This document shows, piece after piece, positions 25,803 through 33,040 of a stretch of DNA of 41,907 bases. The translations under genes were made by a program, and so were the position numbers. This stretch comes from an uncultured Armatimonadia bacterium (GTDB lineage: Bacteria > Armatimonadota > Zipacnadia > Zipacnadales > UBA11051). Positions within the stretch are counted from its first letter, which is position 1; each line of letters opens with the position of its first letter. The notes beneath the pieces are model-generated. The model made no database searches. It was given only the letters and a program-made list of their open reading frames with translations, and had not been told where the DNA came from. The stretch is taken from contig CAZCJS010000003.1 of the NCBI GenBank assembly GCA_964498775.1, forward strand, positions 1 through 41,907. The letters are read 5' to 3'.

Positions 25803-26981
25803 CTACTCCGCTAGGCCCCGGAGCGCGTTGATTGAGTAGATTAGAGCGCGCGGCAGGTGGAAGGGGTCCTTCACAGGCAGGCCCTGGAACGGTACCGCGA
25901 TGATGTTGCCCTCACGGTCAAGGTTCTGATTCCAGTCGCCGTGCTGTCGGTTGGCGAACTTGCTGAAGGCGTAATCATGCACGCGCCAGTACCAGTCCAT
26001 GCACCACGGCTCCTGACTAATCTCATAGGCGCGCAGGAGGGCATAGAGCGCCTCGGTATGCGGCCACCAGGTCTTGGCATCGGGCTGGTGCCAGACCGGC
26101 TTGCCACCCTCTGCATTGCAGGCCAGGTAGATACCTCCATACTCGGAGTCCCAGCCCTTCTCCAGGTGCCAGCGGATCGCCTCAAGAGCCAACCTGACGC
26201 GCTCGGTATTGCCGTGGTGAGTGTAGATCCGCTCCATGAACCACATGCTCTCGATGACATGACCAGGGATGAAGGTATTGCCGGCATCAGTCCCCGTCAG
26301 TTCCCCGCCGGCTCGCACGAGTTCATACAGTAACTCGCGCTCGGGTTTCATATGCTGCGTCATGATACGCTCGGCCAGCTCGAGGGAGCGGGCGGTCAGT
26401 TCACCGTCGTCAGTCAGCACGCCCAAGTCATGGTAGACCAGCGCAAAGATCATCAGAGGCCCATGTGATTGCAAGCCCTCGGGGATCGGGTGAGGCATGG
26501 TCTGGAAGCTCGTATGATCCTCCAAGAGCGGCGAGGTCTTAGCGCATATCTGACGGGCGACCTCGACAGCTTCCTGATTCTCAGTAGCCTTGGCATACTG
26601 CGTCAGCCCGTAGGCGATGAAGGCCTCGACATAGATGCTCTTCGGCGGCTCGGCAATAGTCCCATCCTGATGCAGCGCAAAGGGCCACATGTCGGCGGCA
26701 TCGGGCACGTTACCGAGGATAAATCGGGAGATATTCTCGGCCGGCTTGAGCCAGTCTGCATCACCGTCAAAATCATTGTATAGCGCGGAGAACGTCCACA
26801 GTGCCCGGCCTTGCGACCACAGGTACTTGTCGGTCGAGACGATTTCACCCTCGTTGGTCACGCAGTTATTGAGCCCGCCGTGCTCCCAGTCAACCAGCGG
26901 CACCCAAAACGGCATGACCTGCTCGGTGAGATGTACAGTGTAGAAATCAAGCAATTCGCGGAATGTCATGTGCCCACTCAT
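25803..26981 (-). CDS. N-acylglucosamine 2-epimerase (AGE) family epimerase/isomerase ((alpha/alpha)6 barrel)
   Basis: FYTVHLTEQVMPFW...DWEHGGLNNCV...DKYLWSQGRALWTF..., ...WWPHTEALYAL... and ...GDWNQNLDREG... are AGE-family patterns. I prefer the start at ATG 26981, which has a GAGAGGGTGG RBS. The ORF also opens at GTG 27014, which would overlap the upstream stop as GTGA. Confidence 0.75.
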   Translation of the reverse strand: MSGHMTFRELLDFYTVHLTEQVMPFWVPLVDWEHGGLNNCVTNEGEIVSTDKYLWSQGRALWTFSALYNDFDGDADWLKPAENISRFILGNVPDAADMWPFALHQDGTIAEPPKSIYVEAFIAYGLTQYAKATENQEAVEVARQICAKTSPLLEDHTSFQTMPHPIPEGLQSHGPLMIFALVYHDLGVLTDDGELTARSLELAERIMTQHMKPERELLYELVRAGGELTGTDAGNTFIPGHVIESMWFMERIYTHHGNTERVRLALEAIRWHLEKGWDSEYGGIYLACNAEGGKPVWHQPDAKTWWPHTEALYALLRAYEISQEPWCMDWYWRVHDYAFSKFANRQHGDWNQNLDREGNIIAVPFQGLPVKDPFHLPRALIYSINALRGLAE

Positions 26982-27010
26982 GCAGCCACCCTCTCGGCTC
27001 ATCCGCCGCA

Positions 27011-28489
27011 TCACGTGTCTATTGAGTAGATGGTACCGTCCTCGATCTCGATGCGCAGGGCGACGACGTCATACTGATACGCTTCAGTCGTCCGCCCACC
27101 TTCCCAGGTCAGGATATGCTTGGCATCATCGCCGGTGATCGGAATGCAGTTATTGAGCTCATATCCGGGCAGCGGCTGGCCGTAAGGATCGCGCAGTTCG
27201 GCCTGGAGGCGACCCGTGATGTCTGCATCAACGCAAATCTGGGCAACGCTGAGGTTGAAAGGCCGCAGCGTCATGGCACCAACCATGCGCTCGGTTGCCT
27301 GCAGCCCGGCGAAACGCCCCTTGGGCACCTCGGCGGCCATTATCTTGTCCTTGTACTCCGTGACTCCTTCTGGTAACTGGTGGTTGTGCTTGCTGTTGTG
27401 CCCATCGTACAGAACCAGCCACGAGTCGCCCCGGTCCAGCAAGCGGTTCGTAGGATAGACGGCCATGTAGTCCTGCTCATCCACACCGCCGCGAGGAATC
27501 CAGCCGCCGCGCAGAGGCCGGATCCAGCGACGAGTGTCGCGCGAGAAGCACAGCTCCAGGTCCATCGTCTGCTCCCAGCAGCGGTAGTTGCCAAGCAGGC
27601 CGATATTCCATTCCCCGTCAGGCTGAACCGCGAGGTGATAGAACTGCTGCTGGAGAGGGTCATGCTCGTCGGGAAACATAATCATCTCCGGATCTGACCA
27701 CTCGATACCGTCGGGGCTTTCGCGTCGCGCCATTACCCGGATCACGCCGGGAGCATTGTCGTGAGGAGTAACGCGGCAAGTCCCCTCATCCACGGGCAGC
27801 AACCAGACATGGTACATCTCGAATCGGCCGGCGCGTTCGTTGTAGTAGGTGAAGATGGCATCATTGCTGCGCAGGCGCTTAGCCGCCACGTAATCCATCG
27901 TGCGTTCGAAGTCGAAAGTGTCATCGGGATCAGCGTTCACCAATCCGGCCACCCAGCGCTGGTTACCCAGTTCCCGATCGAAGGGATGACGAATCAGCGG
28001 CATGTCCAGATCAATCACCCGCCAGGTGATGCCATCCTCACTTTCTGCGGCCACGTATGGACAGCGCCGAATTTCGTGCCCGTGCCACCAGTACCACATC
28101 CGCCAACTGCCGTCAGGCAGCAACATTACCTGTGGCTGGATGATATTCCCGACCTCCGGCTGACCCTCGGGCCATATCCAGTTGGTGTCTTCTCCTTCCC
28201 ACTGCATCTGGCCGAGGTCCGGCTTCGTCCAAGTCATGCCATCGGCAGATTCGGCATAGGCAAGCCGATACATTCGGCCCTCCCCGCGCCCGACCGCAGA
28301 GTAATACAGACGGTATCCTCCATCGGGCATCGGGACGACGCTGCCGAGAAAACACGCCGAATATGTTATGTCGCATGAACGATGCTCCATTGCCACCGGA
28401 CCGAGCTTGGTGACAGGCCCCGGCGTCAGGTGCAAGTTATGGCGTGCGGTCAGATCCCCATCATCATAGAAAAACACATGCCGTGACAT
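27011..28489 (-). CDS. Five-bladed beta-propeller glycoside-hydrolase/phosphorylase-like protein with C-terminal beta-sandwich, divergent paralog of 19956-21467, leaderless
   Basis: Blade signatures are SADGMTWTKP, SEDGITWRV, SPDGIEWSDP and SRDTRRWIRP. The length and layout match the 503-aa gene. The AGGAG RBS is gatagAGGAGacgacttgatATG. Confidence 0.6.
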   Translation of the reverse strand: MSRHVFFYDDGDLTARHNLHLTPGPVTKLGPVAMEHRSCDITYSACFLGSVVPMPDGGYRLYYSAVGRGEGRMYRLAYAESADGMTWTKPDLGQMQWEGEDTNWIWPEGQPEVGNIIQPQVMLLPDGSWRMWYWWHGHEIRRCPYVAAESEDGITWRVIDLDMPLIRHPFDRELGNQRWVAGLVNADPDDTFDFERTMDYVAAKRLRSNDAIFTYYNERAGRFEMYHVWLLPVDEGTCRVTPHDNAPGVIRVMARRESPDGIEWSDPEMIMFPDEHDPLQQQFYHLAVQPDGEWNIGLLGNYRCWEQTMDLELCFSRDTRRWIRPLRGGWIPRGGVDEQDYMAVYPTNRLLDRGDSWLVLYDGHNSKHNHQLPEGVTEYKDKIMAAEVPKGRFAGLQATERMVGAMTLRPFNLSVAQICVDADITGRLQAELRDPYGQPLPGYELNNCIPITGDDAKHILTWEGGRTTEAYQYDVVALRIEIEDGTIYSIDT

Positions 28490-28607
28490 ATCAAGTCGTC
28501 TCCTCTATCTTAGTTCGGACAACTCCTGCTGCGACCCTATTTCAGTGACCCATTTTCCCTGCTAGTCCCGCCTGCACCTGCGCCACTGATTGCCCTTCCA
28601 TCTCTCG

Positions 28608-31600
28608 TCACTCTGCAAGCAACGCCAAAACACGCTGGGCTTGCTCGTAGTCGCGGCTGTCGTCGGTAGTTGCCTCGGCCCACTCGGTGAGCGCGGCAAG
28701 CAGGTCCTCAGCTTCGTTCTCTTTGCCGAGGGCTGCGAGTGCCCGCGCCTTGAAGATGTCGGCCTCGCACATGCGCGAATGTTGTTCCGTGGCGGCTGCT
28801 TGCAGGTGGTTGTCGCGCATCCCTTCATCACCAAGTTCCTCGCCGAGTTCAGCGATGAGCCAGTGCACCATCGCCTCCTGAGGATAGGCAGCCCGACCGA
28901 CGCCGAGATTGCGTGGGTAAGTCAGCGCCAACTGGTAGTCAGCCAGAGCAGCGGATGGGTTCCCCTGTTTACGAGCAACTGCCGCTCGCCCCACCAGCGC
29001 GCGTGTCCAGTAGGCGTGCATCATGCGGGCACCTTCCCAGGGGAGAAAGTCGTGGGCCCCCAGGTGCTCCAAAGCCTGATTCCACTGCTCCAGGTCCAGC
29101 AGATGGCCGATCCGTAGCGCAGCGATTTGCCAGCGGTCTGTGACCTCATCAGGTCCTGCCGTGAGCGCCTCCAGACGTGTCTCTGCATCAGCCCCGGCAC
29201 GCCCCAGCGCGGCGTCACGCTCGATGTAGAGGTGGTAATCCTCCGGTCGCTGCACAATTGCCTTGTCATACCAGCGAATGGCCTCATCGTGTTCCTCGCG
29301 CCACAGGCTGCAGACCAGGCCCAGATTCCGCGACAGGACGGAGCAGTTATCATAAAGCTCGGCCGCGGCCTTCCAGAACCGCAATGCCTCGTCATGCCTA
29401 CCCAGCGAGGCAAGCAGGTTCCCCAGATACATCCGCGCCTTCCAGTCGGTCGCACTATGCTCGGCGGCCCGCTCGAGTACCTCCAACTCCTCAACGCGCG
29501 AGGGAAAGCAATACTCCGGATCCGCCACTGCGCCTAACTTGTACTCACGGTCTCGTTCCTCGCCGTCGAGCAAGTAGGCTAACTGGTAGTGGATCATGGG
29601 GTACTCGGCAACGGCAGCGGAGCTTTCGCACCCGCCGCGCAGCAGAAATACCGCATCATCTATGCGCTCACATTCGAGATACTTGTGAGCAAGCTCGAGC
29701 CACTCCTCAGGCTCATCGCCGAGCACGCTGAGGAGAGCCTCCAGGGCCTCGGCGGCGTTGTCTGGATTCTCGCTCGAGGCCTCCAGAAGCACGTTTTCGG
29801 CAATGAACTCCGCGGCAAGTGGATAACGGCGTCGCTGTTCAGCGAGAAGCTCCTCGGTGTCTATACCCAGTCTCCGGTGGTCAATGGCAACGATGAATGC
29901 GGCGTCGAGGCTGCGCTCAACGTCGGGGACGGCGGCGTGGAGAGCATCAGTGCTCCTCCCCTGCCGGACGGCCAATCTGGCGAGGGCGATCCGCGCTTCT
30001 GCTCGACACTTGCTGCGGCCGGCCAGCCACCAGAAGATATCGTCGGCCTCGTCATACTCAGCCCTCATCACCTGTGCCAGCGCCAGATAGTACCACGCCT
30101 CGTCATTCTGCCGGTCGCGCGAAACGGCCTGTCGCAGATGCTTCACGGCGTCGGATGCTAGCCCCTTTGCCAGAGCCACCATCGCAAGCCCCAGATGGGC
30201 GGAGCTCAGACCGGGGTCAATCTCCAGAGCGCGACGGTACAGCCGCTCGGCCTCGCCAGGGTCAGCCGCGAGTTCAGACTTCACCGCGCGTGTACAAAGT
30301 TGTTCGGCGCTCTCTTCTTCATACTCCGGCGGCGCTTGCAGGGTCGCCTCGATAGGCCGGGAGTGCGTCTCGATCGAACCAGGCGTATATCGCAGCAGTT
30401 CCCTGCCGTTGCAGACAAGTGCCACGCTGAGTTCATTCTCGGGGATGGGTTTGGGTAGTGCCACCCTAGCATTAAGCGGCTGACCGGGCACCAAGGCCAC
30501 CTCCTCGTTGAAAACCTCGTGACCGTCGTGGTCAACGACTAACCGCCCCGGCGGCATCGCCATATTCACCATCGCCGCGATTTCGGCGCCCGCACCGCTA
30601 ACCTCAACATTGATGGCAGCCGAGTAGTTGGCGAACTGAAACCCGCCGATGCCATGGACCGGGTACCAGATTTCGCGCCAGCCAACGGCTTGATGGGGTC
30701 CCAGGAATTCCTGTACAGACTGATCCACGAAGCGCCCTGCCTGTAGCTCTACATACTGCCCGTCGTCATCTGTCAGCAAGTCCACCCAGATCATGCCCTC
30801 ATCGGCCGTCCCCCATGTGAAAAATTTCTTGCCAAAGTTGAGCCTGTTGTCGGCACAATGTACCATCCCGAAATCGGTGTCCTCGTAGTAGCAGCCGAAG
30901 AAATCCTCCGCCGAGTTCATGCAGAAGATGTCATTCGGCACGCGGTGATTTCGGTACAGGCTCAGGTCGGTGTCGTAGAAGTGGGGGTAAACGTGTTGAC
31001 CGTGGCTTGTCTTCACCTCGGTCGCTGGAAAGACCAGCCGGAGATCATTCGTCGCCGGCATCGCAGAGTTCGACCAAAAATAGTGACTGTGGCGCACCGG
31101 CGTAGGGTTGTGGAGGACGACGCGCTGAATGAGTCTGGCCCCGTCGGCCGGCAGCCGCAGCTCCACACTCCAGCGCATGCGACTGGTGCGATCAGTTGCG
31201 CCTATGACGATGCCGGTGTCCCACCCCTCCGGATCCTCGATGATGCGAGCGCTGACCGGCGAGACGGTGACATGAGAGTGCCCTCTCTGGGGGAAGTTGA
31301 ACTCGATGCCTCCGGAAATCCAGGCCGCCCGCCGGGCGACAAGTCCGTACTTGACCACATTATTCCGGTAGAAGACCTCGCGCCGGACAACCTTGTCGAA
31401 TAGGGAGTACACGTGCCCGCCCAGCTCCGGCAATACGATCAGATGCAGGTAGTCGTTCTCCAGATGCAGGGCGCGATAGGCGACCATCTCCGGCCGGGAT
31501 GTCAGATCGTCCAGCATCGGGTACGGATAGACGCCTCGCGCGCCGGGCCGCTGAAACGGTGGGTTCGGGTCAGCCGGCCCCAGCAGATACGTCTTCAGCT

Positions 31601-31631
31601 TGAGTACATCCTCCCAGGCATTCACGCTCAT
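28608..31631 (-). CDS. DUF5107-like (aldose-epimerase-like beta-sandwich) protein with long C-terminal TPR array, leaderless
   Basis: MSVNAWEDVLKLKTYLLGPADPNPPF...YPYPMLDDLT...LHLENDYLHLIVLPELGGHVYSLFDK...ISGGIEFNFPQ matches my recollection of DUF5107 N-terminal regions. The C-terminal ~500 aa are TPR-like (YRRALEIDPG, AWYYLA, YHLYIERD, ARMYLGNLL and others). I chose the start at ATG 31631, which has AAGGGGA 8 nt upstream; the ORF-track start at 31796 adds 55 atypical residues. Confidence 0.65.
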   Translation of the reverse strand: MSVNAWEDVLKLKTYLLGPADPNPPFQRPGARGVYPYPMLDDLTSRPEMVAYRALHLENDYLHLIVLPELGGHVYSLFDKVVRREVFYRNNVVKYGLVARRAAWISGGIEFNFPQRGHSHVTVSPVSARIIEDPEGWDTGIVIGATDRTSRMRWSVELRLPADGARLIQRVVLHNPTPVRHSHYFWSNSAMPATNDLRLVFPATEVKTSHGQHVYPHFYDTDLSLYRNHRVPNDIFCMNSAEDFFGCYYEDTDFGMVHCADNRLNFGKKFFTWGTADEGMIWVDLLTDDDGQYVELQAGRFVDQSVQEFLGPHQAVGWREIWYPVHGIGGFQFANYSAAINVEVSGAGAEIAAMVNMAMPPGRLVVDHDGHEVFNEEVALVPGQPLNARVALPKPIPENELSVALVCNGRELLRYTPGSIETHSRPIEATLQAPPEYEEESAEQLCTRAVKSELAADPGEAERLYRRALEIDPGLSSAHLGLAMVALAKGLASDAVKHLRQAVSRDRQNDEAWYYLALAQVMRAEYDEADDIFWWLAGRSKCRAEARIALARLAVRQGRSTDALHAAVPDVERSLDAAFIVAIDHRRLGIDTEELLAEQRRRYPLAAEFIAENVLLEASSENPDNAAEALEALLSVLGDEPEEWLELAHKYLECERIDDAVFLLRGGCESSAAVAEYPMIHYQLAYLLDGEERDREYKLGAVADPEYCFPSRVEELEVLERAAEHSATDWKARMYLGNLLASLGRHDEALRFWKAAAELYDNCSVLSRNLGLVCSLWREEHDEAIRWYDKAIVQRPEDYHLYIERDAALGRAGADAETRLEALTAGPDEVTDRWQIAALRIGHLLDLEQWNQALEHLGAHDFLPWEGARMMHAYWTRALVGRAAVARKQGNPSAALADYQLALTYPRNLGVGRAAYPQEAMVHWLIAELGEELGDEGMRDNHLQAAATEQHSRMCEADIFKARALAALGKENEAEDLLAALTEWAEATTDDSRDYEQAQRVLALLAE

Positions 31632-31832
31632 GACACGATTCCCCTTGGTGCGTAGTCGGGAACTCCTGACTGCTGACAGATTTGCGCCACCGAGCGGTGC
31701 GAATCCTGCCTGGAGATTAAAATCGCCGGCGTAACGTATCGCTTTGCGCGACATAATCAGGGGACTGGAACCTGAGCAGGAGTGGTGGCCGGCCATAATT
31801 CCTCAGGCCAACCTGCCTTGGGGATCACCCGT

Positions 31833-32495
31833 TCACCCATGTGTCAACTTCGCGAGCTCAGACTCGACGAAGTCACACAGCGCCTCGATGCCCTCACCCG
31901 TGGTGCAGGAGATGTTGAACTGCGGCGCGGATGAGTTGAGTTGCTCTGCGAGGTCCCAGAAATGGTCTGCGTCGAAGGCTAAGTGGGGCAACAGGTCGGT
32001 CTTATTGAGGATAATCACATCGGCGTCGCGGAATGCCACCGGGTATTTTTCCGGCTTGTCATCGCCCTCCGGGACGCTGGCAACAACAATACGGAAATGC
32101 GCACCCAGCTTGTAGGCCGTCGGACAGACAAGATTGCCTACATTCTCGATGAGAATCACCTCGACACCTTCGAGGTCCAACTGCTGCAGGGCACGCGCGA
32201 CCATCGCCGCATGAAGATGGCAAGCGCCGCCGGTATTGATCTGGAAAGCCTCGGCACCGGCGGCCTCGATGCGGCGCGCGTCATTATCAGAGGCGACATC
32301 GCCCTCGATGACGCGCATGGATCTGCCACGACCGGTAAGTTCTCTGACCAGTTGCTCGAGTATGCTGGTCTTCCCGCTGCCGGGACTACCCATTAAGTCG
32401 AGCGCAAGCATCCCGTGCTGATTCCAGAAACTGCGATTGCTCTCAGCGGCGGTGGCGTTGCTGCCGAGAACATTTTTCATCACCTCAACTCGCAT
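31833..32495 (-). CDS. hypB: Hydrogenase/urease nickel-incorporation GTPase HypB
   Basis: P-loop GSPGSGKTS, metal-site GGACHLHA and ENVGNLVCP, and NKTDL (the NKxD motif). It lacks an N-terminal His-rich or CxxCGC extension. ATG 32495 has GAGGAGGAA 6 nt upstream and overlaps the hypA 3' end by 11 nt. Confidence 0.9.
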   Translation of the reverse strand: MRVEVMKNVLGSNATAAESNRSFWNQHGMLALDLMGSPGSGKTSILEQLVRELTGRGRSMRVIEGDVASDNDARRIEAAGAEAFQINTGGACHLHAAMVARALQQLDLEGVEVILIENVGNLVCPTAYKLGAHFRIVVASVPEGDDKPEKYPVAFRDADVIILNKTDLLPHLAFDADHFWDLAEQLNSSAPQFNISCTTGEGIEALCDFVESELAKLTHG

Positions 32496-32850
32496 CAAGT
32501 TCCTCCTCGGGATCGGCCAACTCAGCGCTGAGAACCGCCAGCTCGTGGCCGGAGGCCAGCTTCAGACGCAGACTGCCGCACTGCTCGCATTTGATAAAGG
32601 GAGTGAATGACTCGGTCTCGTGGCCGCAGTCTGTGCAGCGCGCGCGGATCGGGACTTGCTCGATGGTCAAGGCCGAACCCTCCAGCGGTGTCTGCAGAGT
32701 CACTGCCGCCCAGGCCTCATGCAGCAACTCAGCCACGATCATACTCAGCGGCCCGACAGCGACGGTTCCGCCAAGCACCCGGCGGCCATGCTCCTTGCCG
32801 ACACTGGAGAGTATTGTGGCGATGTCCTGGGCAATCGAGTATTCGTGCAT
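32485..32850 (-). CDS. hypA: Hydrogenase nickel-insertion metallochaperone HypA
   Basis: 121 aa starting with MHE (the N-terminal Ni-binding Met-His-Glu). Two CxxC zinc motifs are present (CTDC, CEQC). The 195-aa ORF-track version, with 74 extra N-terminal aa, is rejected. Confidence 0.9.
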   Translation of the reverse strand: MHEYSIAQDIATILSSVGKEHGRRVLGGTVAVGPLSMIVAELLHEAWAAVTLQTPLEGSALTIEQVPIRARCTDCGHETESFTPFIKCEQCGSLRLKLASGHELAVLSAELADPEEELDAS

Positions 32851-33040
32851 GGTGAAATCCCGCCATAGCGAACTGCTGCACCGCAATCGGCAGTAAACCT
32901 TAGCACCGGCTGCGCTTGCGGTCAAGGAATCAGCGGGCGCGTGGCGAACTATGTGGTATAACCTCGGATATAGCGTCGCAATGAAGTAGTATGAGTGGCG
33001 CATGCGCATCCAGGACATTGTGTGGCACGGAGGTGCTCGT

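Noticed and set aside
31632-31796. 55-aa N-terminal extension of the DUF5107-like ORF
   Set aside because: The internal ATG 31631 has an AAGGGGA RBS 8 nt upstream, and the product then begins with the family-typical MSVNAWEDVLKLKTY...NPPF. The extension is Ser/Gly/Arg-rich with no RBS.
32990-32995. GTATGA hexamer between hypA and the 982-aa gene, resembling one NikR operator half-site
   Set aside because: The partner half-site TCATAC at a 16-nt spacing is absent (the sequence there is caggac). A single hexamer is not significant.
32999-33008. GCGCATGCGC perfect 10-nt palindrome, and the GGCCGGCC palindrome near 31783
   Set aside because: Short GC-rich palindromes are expected by chance at this base composition. 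There is no flanking repeat structure or partner sites.
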